Notes under the pieces: generated by a model
Database searches by the model: none
What the model was told of the DNA's origin: nothing
What the model saw: only the letters and a program-made list of their open reading frames with translations
Part shown: piece after piece, positions 19,392-30,823 of the stretch
Layout: each line of letters opens with the position of its first letter
Numbering within the stretch: the stretch's first letter is position 1
Position numbers and translations under genes: made by a program
Assembly: GCA_963744715.1 (NCBI GenBank)
Contig: CAVUUR010000006.1
Location: forward strand, 64,001-128,000
Direction of reading: 5' to 3'
DNA from: an uncultured bacterium
Lineage (GTDB): Bacteria > Babelota > Babeliae > Babelales > JACPOV01
Length of the DNA stretch: 64,000 bases

Positions 19392-19511
19392 AAAGCACGG
19401 AATATTCATAAAAACTCCTGTTTTTAAGCTTGTGTAAAATATTGCAATTATGCAAATAATTATGGTATTCTAGTACATAGATAGCTTTTACAAAAATGAA
19501 AAAGGAATACC

Positions 19512-20015
19512 GTGAAGAAAAAATTATTTACCCTAGGATGGCTGTGTGTTTTTTGTATAACACCGTACCTTGTTGCCGATCAAAATGTTTATACGCAAGA
19601 AGAAGCGGAAAGAATTCGTAACGAACAGAAAGAAAAAGCTGTTGCCGCTGAGCAAACATTATTAGCAAAAATTCATCATATGGAGTTAACGCAATCAGAT
19701 AGTAGCAAACTTCTTAAAGCCATCGATCGATATAAAGCACAAGCTACGCAATTTAATGGAAAGACAGCTTCTGATGAAGTACGTAAAATTAGTACTCAAT
19801 TATCGCTTTCTAGTGACGCACAGGGACTTTTAAAAGATATAGCATTAGCAGCGTCAACGATAGAATCAACTGGTTTTTTACACAAACCTAATGAATGGAA
19901 AAGAACTAACCAGATTTTCTTTGATAATGCTAAGGGATTACTGCAAACAATTATTTCACAACAAATTTCAAATAACGATACCCAATCAGAGTCTGGTAAC
20001 ACAAATTTAGATTAA
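19512..20015 (+). CDS. Hypothetical secreted protein
   Basis: GTG start with AAGGA RBS; signal peptide. Confidence 0.7.
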   Translation: MKKKLFTLGWLCVFCITPYLVADQNVYTQEEAERIRNEQKEKAVAAEQTLLAKIHHMELTQSDSSKLLKAIDRYKAQATQFNGKTASDEVRKISTQLSLSSDAQGLLKDIALAASTIESTGFLHKPNEWKRTNQIFFDNAKGLLQTIISQQISNNDTQSESGNTNLD

Positions 20016-22629
20016 TGTTCCTTTAGGGTATTCTGTTTAAAGGTCCATAGCACATCGAATGCTTTTTTGGGTGAAAGATTGTCATAATCAATAGTATCGA
20101 GTGCCGATAGCAATAGTTGTAATGATGCGGTTATCTGCTTCAAGATTTTTTATTTTTTCTTGTAATCGAGCATTTGTGGTAAATAATTCTTGAACGTCTG
20201 ACGATTCCGTTCCGATTGTTTTTGCATGTTCTTTTAAGTATAACAATACTTCTTGCGCTCGTTCTATAACCGGTAATGGTAAATGTGCTTGTTTGGCGAT
20301 TTCGATACCAAAGCTTCCGTCAGCAATGCCTGGCACAATTTTATGCAATAAGTACAATCGCCTTGATCAGTTTTAGAGCTAGCAGCAAAATAGGTTTTAT
20401 GCCGGAAAACGTTTCACAAAGGCAGTCAATTCATGATAATGCGTCGCAAAAAGACAGCGCGCTTTAATACTGCGTATAAATATATTCAACCACTGCCTGT
20501 GCGATTGCAAGCCCATCAAAGGTGCTCGTACCCCGTCCCACTTCATCCAAGAATAACCAAACTATTTTTGTTGCTTGAGTGCAAATAGATGCCGTTTCTT
20601 CCATTTCAACCAAAAAGGTACTTTTGCCTTCGGCCACATTATCGCCTGCGCCAATTCGGGTAAAAATACGATCAATAATCGACAATATGCTGCTGCTTGT
20701 GCTGGCACAAATGAACCCATATGTGCCATAATGCGTAATCAACGCAACTTGCCGCAAATAGGTAGATTTACCACCCATATTTGGGCCGGTAATAATCCAT
20801 AAAGACTGCTCATCGTCAAGTTGCGTATCATTGGGAATAAATTGTGCGCGAACACTGCGTTCAACAACTGGATGACGACCCTGATGATAGTAATATCATG
20901 ATCTTCATTAAAAGTTGGCCGCACATACTGTTGATCATAGGCAATACATGCAAGGCCGCAAGTAAAGCATCAAGATGGGCAAGCGCATGCGCCAATTTAC
21001 GCAATGGGCAATGATAGATCTCAACTTCATATTTAACACGTTCGATAAATCTCTTCTTCAAGTGCGTCATCTTCTGTTCGAGCATCATGAATTTCATGCT
21101 CAAGCTGCTTTAAGCTCTGAGTAGTAAACCGTTCCGTACCAACAATGTTTGATGACGAAGATAATCGATCAGGAATCAAATGCAGATTAGGTTTTGTAAC
21201 TTCAATATAATAGCCATGCACTTGATTATATCGAATTTTAAGCGAATAAATGCCCGTTATTTTTTGCTCTTGCTGCTCAAATTCAAAATATTGCATGTAC
21301 TATTTTCGATCAAATCTCGCATGCAATCAAGCTCTGATCAAAACCTTGCTTAATAATCCATTCGTTACTTGCATCATCATTCAAGGCGCGCGTAAAAGAT
21401 TACTCAATGATGAAAAATCGCCACATGCGTAACAATGCATGTGATAAAGGATTATTACATGCGCTGTGCAGATCAGTTGTTTAATAGTGCGGAATAGTGT
21501 AACGCGCTTTAAGTAGCAAAAAAATCATTAATGTTGCACGCCGCAATGCAATTCTACCAATAACACGTTCAATATCCCAAAGCAGGAATAGCAAAAGAAT
21601 TGTTGCGCTACATTGCAACTATCATGCACTAAAATGTTCGATAACACATCTTGCCGTTGAACGATTGCATCTTCTTTGACAAGGGACGCAAATCCATTTT
21701 TTAATCATACGCGAACCCATTGGTGTTGACTGAGCCATCCAAAACTGCAAACAAGCGTATTGTTGCGCCTGCCATCCTGATTATTTTTAACAATTCCAAA
21801 TTGCTTTGCGTTGCAGCATCAAGAATAAGAAAATCATCTGGCTCATAAAAATGAATATGTTGAATTGTTCTAATGCAGCATTCTTGCGTTTTTTTCATGT
21901 AGCATAAAAATTATAGACTGCTTGATCGCAGATGATTCTTACTTAAATGTGATTACGTGCTCAGGATTAAACTGATCCAGCCATGAGCATGCATGAGTTG
22001 ATCATCAGGATTTTACTATTAACGTTGTGAAATAACCAATGTTTAGAAATATGTGCTGAAACATGTTTACCCATTTGATATCTGGAATATAATTTCATCG
22101 GGAAAAAATCGTATCAATTCTGATTCTAACAGCTTTTTCAAGCATCGCAGGAACTATAGTTACAAAAATTTGTGCAGTTAATAAGCTCGCCAAATAACAA
22201 TCCCCATTGATTTGCTGCGGGAAAAAATGAAAATAGATATGATGCAGATTTTTCGTCAAGGAGTTTGGATCAGTCAATGTTCCAGGAGTTAATACTTGCG
22301 TGACACCGCGCTCCACCACCTTACCGGGTTTTGGCTCTTCTAAGCTGATCGCAAATCGCAACATTAAAACCACCTTGCACTAATTTAATCAAGATAATAA
22401 TCCAATGCATGTACAGGAACTCCACACAACGGAATTGGATCATCATTCATTTTTGCTTCGTGCTTGTTAATGTAATGCCTAAAAATGCTGCCGCTTTTTT
22501 TGCATCGTCAAAAAAAAGTTCGTAAAAATCACCGACTTGAAATAACACTAATGTATCGGGGTATTGCTCTTTTATTGCTAGATACTGTTTTATCAATGGT
22601 GTTATTGTTGCATTCTTGGCATCGTTCAT
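20012..22629 (-). pseudogene. mutS: DNA mismatch repair protein MutS, full length but with many frameshifts (pseudogene or assembly error)
   Basis: Fragments in order: [106 protein letters not shown]. Confidence 0.93.
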
Positions 22630-22746
22630 AAGTATACTTTCATCAATGCATAATGTTCAATGGGAGAATAATAGAAAATATTTTTAATCATGTATTAATA
22701 AAGCATAATTGATTATCGCAATAGCGCAATAATTGAATTAAACAGA

Positions 22747-24300
22747 ATGAAAAAAATAGTAGTATTAACGATAGCATCTTCTCTATTTGGTAACGAATTA
22801 ACTGATTTACAACAACAATTAAATAATTTGTCCAACGCACCGCAAGCTTTACAATTTCGTCATTTCTGCGACCACGAAATAGCCCAAGTCAGATATTCTC
22901 CCATAGATGATATTTCACAAGAAGAAAAAATATACCAAAAAAAACGATTGCTCATAGTAAAAAAATCAATTGAACAAATGCTATCACTATCATTATCTGA
23001 AGATCGCATTCCAAAAATAGCGTTATGTTTTAGTGGCGGTGGATTTCGATCAATGCTTATGAGCTTAGGTTTTCTTATGCAAGCAGAACGTAGTGGCTTG
23101 CTCAATGCAATATCATACATAGCAACACTTTCCGGATCAACCTGGGCGATAGCTCCGTGGATTGCGTCAGAAAATTCTGTTAATAATTTTTCTCGTATGC
23201 TCAATAATCGTATTGCAAAAAACGTCACCAGTATCTCTGAACATCATGCAATAAAAAAGATCGTTAAAAATTTGATCAATAAACTGCTCGCTCATCAATC
23301 TGTTTCATGTATTGATATTTTTGGTAACATATTGGCAAAAACTTTACTCGGGACAACGTGTACAAATCCTTTTGAAATAACGTTAACCGAATCCCATAAA
23401 AATGTTTACACTGGCATGGTTCCATTACCTATTTATACAACCATTAAAGCCAATACTCATCCTTATGAGTGGATGGAAATAACACCATTTGAAGTGGGTA
23501 GTTCATATTTAAAATCGTATATACCAACCTGGGCTTTTGGTAGAATGTTTTTCAAAGGAGTTTCCTGCAATAACGCGCCCGAACAAACGTTAGCATATTT
23601 TTTAGGTCTTTTTGGTTCTGCATTCCATGTAAATTTGAAAGATATTATTCGGTTGAGCGCAGAAACAATTTCTGCCGTTAAAACTGAAATAGAGCCTTTT
23701 TTTTGGAAGCCATTAAAAACATGCATACAATATATTGTGCATTCGTCAATTGGTGATATGCGTTTTTTTCCCTCCATATTTGCAAATTTTAGTTATCAAC
23801 ATCCTGAAAGTCCCCTCGCTGATGATAAAACTATTTCCTTAGTTGATGCTGGTATCGATTTTAATATCCCATTACCCCCACTCTTAAGAAAAACACGCAT
23901 GCTTGATATGATTATTATTTATGATAGTTCTGTATCAGTAACCGGTGCCCCTGAATTACGCAGAGCAGTAGAATACGCTCAGCGTAAAGGAATTGCTTTA
24001 CCCACTATTGATTATGAACATATTCATGAAAGAGTAGTTAGTATTTTTAAAGATGAACAAGATTATTCAAAACCTATTATTGTTTATTTTCCACGCATAA
24101 AAAATGATCATTATTCGACACTGTTTGATCCTGAACGATGTATTGAATCTGATTATTGCAACACCTTCAATTTTAATTATACCGCTGAACAAATATCGTT
24201 ATTACAAGGTCTTGTAGAATTTACTCTAAAAGAACAGCAGGGCTGTATCAATACTCTTATTAGAGAATTATTAACAAAAAAGTATGGGTATTCATGTTAA
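22747..24300 (+). CDS. cPLA2/phospholipase B-like lysophospholipase catalytic-domain protein
   Basis: SGGGFRSM, TLSGSTW (Ser), PLPIYT, WMEITPFEVG, GLFGSAF, LVDAG (Asp), NIPLPPLLR. Confidence 0.88.
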   Translation: MKKIVVLTIASSLFGNELTDLQQQLNNLSNAPQALQFRHFCDHEIAQVRYSPIDDISQEEKIYQKKRLLIVKKSIEQMLSLSLSEDRIPKIALCFSGGGFRSMLMSLGFLMQAERSGLLNAISYIATLSGSTWAIAPWIASENSVNNFSRMLNNRIAKNVTSISEHHAIKKIVKNLINKLLAHQSVSCIDIFGNILAKTLLGTTCTNPFEITLTESHKNVYTGMVPLPIYTTIKANTHPYEWMEITPFEVGSSYLKSYIPTWAFGRMFFKGVSCNNAPEQTLAYFLGLFGSAFHVNLKDIIRLSAETISAVKTEIEPFFWKPLKTCIQYIVHSSIGDMRFFPSIFANFSYQHPESPLADDKTISLVDAGIDFNIPLPPLLRKTRMLDMIIIYDSSVSVTGAPELRRAVEYAQRKGIALPTIDYEHIHERVVSIFKDEQDYSKPIIVYFPRIKNDHYSTLFDPERCIESDYCNTFNFNYTAEQISLLQGLVEFTLKEQQGCINTLIRELLTKKYGYSC

Positions 24301-24316
24301 TAAAAAATGGTACTCT

Positions 24317-25279
24317 TTATGAAAAAATGAGTACTTGCTCACACTGCACAAAACGATTAAATTCATGCTCAAGCGAGACTCTGAATTCATGAAAAATATC
24401 GTATACCGTATGCGGCTCTTTCATTAATGCATAGGCTATATCAATACTGCAATTATCAGCAAGAATAAGTATCTTGTTAGCAATTGCCTTGGCATGATCG
24501 GCATGCAAACGAGAAACCGCACTGAAAGATTCCGATTTCAATTGCATAAAGCCCAAAATGGATTCTAATTGATGTACGCAAAGAGCCCAGGTGTTACTGG
24601 TTGTAATTCGATAATAGGTATAATCTTTTTTAGTACGCACCCCAGAATCAGCTGATGCTTTGTTAATTTGTTCTTTAATTGCTGCTGCTTGATATTCAAT
24701 ATCATCAATCAAGGGCCATAGGGTGCTGCGTTGTGTAGTAAACCATGTAAAATCAGCATCATGAAAAACAGAACCTACCACGTTGTCAACACAAGTATTA
24801 AACACTTTAAAATATTTTATAAATGGTTGAAGAGTTACATTAGCGATGGCACCTAACAGAGCTAATACGAACTGTCCCCCTAATCGATTTCCCCATCGTT
24901 TTAACCAACTAGAATTAGCAGAACAACCTTGATCCTTCATACAAGAATAAATATGCTTAATCATTGATTCAGTTTCAGCTCTACTAATTTCTTCCGCAGT
25001 AATTGGCACTAAAGGACTCGGTGCTTTTCCATCGCCAAAAAGTGCATAAATACCAACGCCACCCCCAACAATCATACTAGCAACAATGCCCACTCTGACA
25101 TATGAATTGCGCTTCAAATCTGCAGCGACTTTTTCTTTACAATGCTCTACGGTTGTTAAATTAATTCGTTGTAATGCAGGAACTGTTTCTGTATCAGCTA
25201 TAGAGAGTACTGAGATTGAATGGCTCAGCATCAGAACTATTAATGATATTCGAGTATACATTCTTTTTAAATCAACCAA
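24317..25279 (-). CDS. Hypothetical membrane/secreted protein
   Basis: 320-aa ORF with signal-like start and two internal hydrophobic segments. Confidence 0.75.
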   Translation of the reverse strand: MVDLKRMYTRISLIVLMLSHSISVLSIADTETVPALQRINLTTVEHCKEKVAADLKRNSYVRVGIVASMIVGGGVGIYALFGDGKAPSPLVPITAEEISRAETESMIKHIYSCMKDQGCSANSSWLKRWGNRLGGQFVLALLGAIANVTLQPFIKYFKVFNTCVDNVVGSVFHDADFTWFTTQRSTLWPLIDDIEYQAAAIKEQINKASADSGVRTKKDYTYYRITTSNTWALCVHQLESILGFMQLKSESFSAVSRLHADHAKAIANKILILADNCSIDIAYALMKEPHTVYDIFHEFRVSLEHEFNRFVQCEQVLIFS

Positions 25280-25436
25280 CGTAACCCCTTTGATGGTAAA
25301 AAATAATATTTCGCATTATTACGATAAATGGTGCAGTTATTATTATGCCATAATAACGGTAAATAATCCAATCACTCAGATAGCATTAACAAATTCTACA
25401 TTTGCAATTTAAACAACACCTATTGCGTTATGATGC

Positions 25437-28042
25437 TCATTTAAGATTGTTAGCAAGGTATTTTCCGGTATGACTGCCAGAATGTTTAACAATGGTTTCG
25501 GGTGTACCATAAACAATAATGGAACCTCCGCCATCACCGCCTTCTGGGCCAAAATCAATAATATAATCAGCAGTTTTAAGCACATCAATATTATGTTCAA
25601 TAACAATCATAGAATTGCCTTTTTCGATCAAGCGATTGAGAACCTTAAGCAATTTTTCAATATCATTTGTATGTAATCCTGTTGTCGGTTCATCAAGAAT
25701 ATATAATGTTTTGTTGCCCCGTTTTGCCAATTCATCAACCAATTTAATACGTTGCGCTTCGCCACCAGATAGCGTAGTTGATGGTTGACCAAGTTTTATA
25801 TAATCAAGCCCAACATCACAAATAAGCTCCAACCGTTTAGCAATATGTTTATGCGCCGCAAAAAAACTAACCGCTTCAAAAGCCGTCATATCAAGAATTT
25901 CGGCAATATTTTTACCTTTATAGGTAATTTCTAATGTTTCCTGATTATAGCGTTGCCCTTTGCAGCTTTTACACACCATAACAACATCAGGTAAAAAATG
26001 CATAGAAACTGTAATAGAACCATCTCCATTACATTCAAAACAACGTCCTTCTGGCAACATTAAAACTAAATCGTCCAACTTTATAGCCTCGCGCATTACT
26101 TTCTGGCAATGCAGCAAATAATTTTCTAATTTCATCAAAAATACCCAAATACGTTGCAGGATTTGAACGAGGCGTTCTTCCAATAGGAGATTGATCAATC
26201 ACCACCATATTCTCAAGCTGTTCTACCCCTGCAATATCTTGCATACTCTGTAATCGCCTTACCACGCGATACCTGATAAGTCGCGCTTGCAATGCCGGCA
26301 CCAATTCATCTACATAACTAAGAGTACTTTTACCTGAACCAGAAACACCAGAAACACCACACAAAACACCTAATGGAAATGTAACCGTTACATTTTTTAA
26401 ATTATTTTTTGAAGCATCAGATAATGTCATAAAATTCTGATGGCTTGCGCATTTTTTAGGAATTGCAATATAGCGCTTGCCTGCTAAATAAGCACCAGTT
26501 AACGAATTTTTATTTTACCAACTTGCTCAGGAGTTACCATAAGCAGTAATAGTGCCACCAAAAATACCGGCCGCAGGGCCCATATCAATAAGATAATCTG
26601 CTTGGCGCATCGTATCAATATCATGTTCAACAACAACAACCGTATTACCTTGATCACGTAATGCTTTTAAGCGTTTCAATCAACCGATCATTATCTCGTT
26701 GATGCAATCCAATACTCGGTTCATCAAGAATATACAAAACACCACTTAATGCATGATCCAATTTGCGTTGCAAACGAATACGTTGTCCTTCGCCACCAGA
26801 AAGTGTTCGTGCTGATACGATTTAATGATAAATATGAAACCCAACATTATTCAAAAATTGTAACCGATTAATAATTTCTTTTAACAATCTATCAGCAATT
26901 GCATGTTCAGTTTCAGTAAGTTCAAAATGTATAAAAAATTGTAACGCATCTTTAATAGAAAGATCACCCAATTCAATAAATATTTTTTCCACCAACGGTA
27001 ACCGCTAATGCATGTTTATTTAACCGTTTACCATAGCAACTGTGACAGGTTTTTTCCTGCGCATATGTATACCAAAAAAATCTGGATATTTGGCTTTCCA
27101 TGCTCTGATCATCATCCGGTTCCAAGGCCATTCATGAATAATACCTAATCCATGACATTCTTTACAGGCACCAATGGGAGAATTAAATGAAAAAAATCGC
27201 GGTTCAAGTTCAGGAAACGATGATAGCACATTCTAAACACATACGGTTGTGATGAATACAAATGTTCTTTATCTCCTACAATAACTTTACAAAAGCCACT
27301 GGCCAAGAGCAAATGCACTTTTCAACGGCCTCATGCACCCGTGCACGTTCATCGATGATCAATTTCAAGATAATCAATCAAAAGATCAATGGAATGTTTA
27401 TAGGTTTTGCTAATTTAAGTTGTTTGATTTCATCTTCAGATGCAAATCGATAGGCAACACCATCAATAATAAACCGATAATAACCCTTTTGTAAAAATCT
27501 AATAAATCATTAATAAATTCACCCTTTTTTTCTATCCAACGGCGCCGCAATAGTAATGGTACTTCTTGCAAAAGTGTTCACAACATATGCAGTAATATTA
27601 TCAGGAGATTCCGGTTTAATAGTCTATGGTACAATCTGGGCAATGCGGCACTACCAATGCGAGCAAATAAAACCCGTAAATAATCATAAATTTCAGTAAT
27701 CGTCCCTACGGTTGATCGGGGATTAGAACCAACGGTTTTTTGTTCAATAGCAATAGCTGGGCAAAAACCTTCAATACGATCAAAATCAGGCTTTTTGGCA
27801 ATACCAAAAAATTGGCGCGCATAGGAAGAAAGTGATTCCATATAACGCCGTTTACCCTCAGTAAATAGAATATCAAGGCCAAATGAGCTTTTACCCGATC
27901 CCGATGGCCCCGTAATAACCGTTAGCTTATTTTTAGGTATCGAAACGTAATATTTTTTAAATTATGCTCTCGAGCACCGGTAACCGTAATCCACTCTGTT
28001 GCCTTACGGATAGGCTCTTTTTTTATGCTTTTTGATATCCAT
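25437..28042 (-). pseudogene. uvrA: Excinuclease ABC subunit A, full length but multiply frameshifted in its 5' two-thirds
   Basis: [90 protein letters not shown]. Confidence 0.93.
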
Positions 28043-28332
28043 ATACGCTCACTTGAGTTAGCTACTTATTTTTTATATTTTCCATTGAAAATTATTATTT
28101 AATGTAATAATAGCATATTTTTCAAAAAAAGAAAAATGGCACTTTTTTGATATTTTCCACCCAATTTTATGATTTTTAATAGAAAAATCTGTTGAAATAC
28201 CCACCTCTTGATCTTTTTATGAAATAATATGCAATTAGAGTATAATGGGTTAATTTGTCTACAAAATGGGAGTTTAAAAATATACAATTAATAATTGAGT
28301 AAATACAGTTCTTATGCGTTATTCAGCGAACA

Positions 28333-29356
28333 CTAATCAACATCATCATAATTAGATCGACACAAAGACGTTCTACGAATCCAGGGTCCTAGCAAACGAC
28401 CATTATCCATTATGTATTCTGCGATATCTTCTCTTCCAATTCTATTATACCCTAAGTTGATGGTCAGAGTATGCCTAAGATCCTGGCAACTAACGGATAT
28501 ACTTTCTTTAATATTATTACGAGATGCATTTATTTCCCTAATATTAGGAAAGTTTTTTATAATAATCGCTTCGTCTAGTTTTTTCAACTTGTTATTCTCC
28601 AGAGATACAAACTTTACTGAGTCTCTAGGGAATTGCAATCTTTCTATTCCATCAAGTGATTCAAGCATTTGATTGCTCAAATCTATTCTATCTATTCCAT
28701 CTATTGTTTGGAAATATATCATTTTGCTTTCTAACAACAGTGTATTTACTGATCTTTCTTGTCCTACCAATTTAATGCGAATTTTATGTATCGCTTCCTT
28801 CTCGTCATGAGTTAGGCTTTCTTTTTCCCACGGTTGTAATATTTTCTTTTCATATAATGCCGCGAGCTTTTGTCTTAGTTTTACAGGAGCTTCCAAATAA
28901 TCTGCAGCATGAAACGTTGCTTTAATTTCTTGATTAGTTAATTGATCACATATTGATATTTCCTGCATACCTTTTAACAGTATATCAATAGCTTGACCAT
29001 CCAATGGAAGATCAATTGAAATAGGAGCGCGGCAATCTTTCAACATATTTTTTAACGTTTTACATCGTTTTATTTGATCAACAGAGACAATAATTGAGTT
29101 ATTTGAACAATTAAGTACTATCTTTTTTGCAGTAGTATTTTTTTGATTTTTTTTTATCAAAGGCAAACAATAGAAATCTTGTAGATGCTCTGTAAATGAA
29201 TTATGCAAAAGGGGAATTTTTTCTATATTTTTAATACACAAAACACCTTGATTCATTCCCCGTGAAAAACGCCGATAATAAAAGCATTAATATATTAACA
29301 AAAAATAAATTTTTTCTCTTACTTACGATATTGATAATAAAAGTTATTGTTTTCAT
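28333..29356 (-). CDS. Skp1/BTB-like plus leucine-rich-repeat protein; signal-peptide part offset by a 1-nt frameshift at 29258-29261
   Basis: CKTLKNMLKD..LPLD..ILLK..FHAADYLE; LRRs IDLSNQMLESLDGI, VSLENNKLKKL, INASRNNI, INLGYNRI. Confidence 0.7.
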
Positions 29357-29692
29357 AATTAAATTATAGAACTTTCTATGCTTACTAAAATAGCAATGAT
29401 AATAAATATTTCGCAAAGAAATCAACGTTAGACTTTATCTGCTTTATATTGTTTTATAATTTTACACAAAAATTACAAACAGTCTATGTGAAAAAATCGA
29501 AATATTATACAATCACCAGAGAATCATCGTAATGTTAATTATTTACATCTTAATTATTTTTCTACTCCATAAAATCACGCAAGAGATTGTAAATTACCAT
29601 TCATATATCTCTAATACCTCATAAAAAACTCTTGATTTTATTAGCATATTAGTGCTTAACTTGAAAAAGAAAATAAGGGTTAGGGGGAAATA

Positions 29693-30183
29693 ATGAATAA
29701 GGTTGGACACAAGAATAATGGATTTACGTTAATTGAATTAATGATTGTTATTTCCATTATTGCTTTTCTTTCCATGATTTCAATACCAAACTTTATTCGA
29801 TTTTTAGCAAAAGCAAAACGAACCAAGCCTATATGAGTTTAGGTTCTTCATATGTGGCAGAAAAATCTTATTGGGCAGAACACGGCCACTACACAACGGT
29901 TTTGAATGGCAAAGATGGGGTTGGTTGGCAACCGGAAGGATATTCCGGCGGTGGTAGAATGAGCGTTTTTATTATACCTACGGATTTGCACAAGGCCAAG
30001 AAGGTCTACATTATTTTACTGGTAAATTGGGTGCTTCATCCTCACAACTGAACAAAAAAAGCTGATACCACAACATTTCTTGCTGCCGCAGCACAGAACC
30101 TTAATAATGATGGCATTGCTTATCTATTAACGGTAAATCACTATAATAATATTACCTTAGTTCGTGATGATTTAAATAAATGA
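29693..30183 (+). pseudogene. Type IV pilin-like gene with three frameshifts
   Basis: N-methylation motif GFTLIELMIVISIIAFLS..IP; shifts near 29825, 29956 and 30060; not complete in the ORF track. Confidence 0.8.
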
Positions 30184-30716
30184 ATCGATATTATTGTGCA
30201 TGTTTTGTTGTTCTTTGTTACGGCACCAGTATAATGTTTAATACGATCCTCACCATCTATGCAACCAATGTTAGTGCCGCCAAACATGTGATAAAAATAC
30301 CAACCGCTTGGTACTGTGGTTTTAAAACCATCGCCGCTGATTTTTATTGGTGTTTGCTGCAATTGCACGATGATATAAATGCTGAATATATTTTTCACAC
30401 TGCCGACAACATTACCGATCTTGATCCGCATTATAATATTGTCTATCGATATGCAGCGATTCGTTTATTAATTGAATATTCTGATGCAAATTTAGCAACA
30501 ACGCTCCTTGAAAAAAGTCTTCCTTCCTGTTTTAATAATGATGATTGGCGCATATATTTTTATTTAGTCTATGCCTATAAATTTTTTCTGCATGATCAAA
30601 CAAAAGCTCATCACTATTACGCTGTCATGCGTCAACAACAATATACTAACAATCATTACCTGAAAAAAGATCGTAATCTTCCACCTGAATATCTTTTTTC
30701 AGGGCACGGTATTTAA
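30180..30716 (+). CDS. Hypothetical protein (TPR-like helical, pilin-adjacent)
   Basis: ADFYW..LQ..ITDLDPHY..YRYAA; overlaps the pilin stop codon. Confidence 0.6.
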   Translation: MNRYYCACFVVLCYGTSIMFNTILTIYATNVSAAKHVIKIPTAWYCGFKTIAADFYWCLLQLHDDINAEYIFHTADNITDLDPHYNIVYRYAAIRLLIEYSDANLATTLLEKSLPSCFNNDDWRIYFYLVYAYKFFLHDQTKAHHYYAVMRQQQYTNNHYLKKDRNLPPEYLFSGHGI

Positions 30717-30823
30717 ATTCTAAAAAATGGGATACAATCTTTTATCATAAGGCTACCAATCAGGAAAAAAATTATAGATTGATATTCTACACCTAATTTT
30801 TTTGCACTATTTTTTAGGATTTT

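Noticed and set aside
20012..28042. Programmed frameshifting, alternative genetic code or DGR mutagenesis explaining the mutS/uvrA breaks
   Set aside because: The breaks are numerous frame changes without a common slippery motif; other genes read normally in code 11; no reverse transcriptase or template repeat is present
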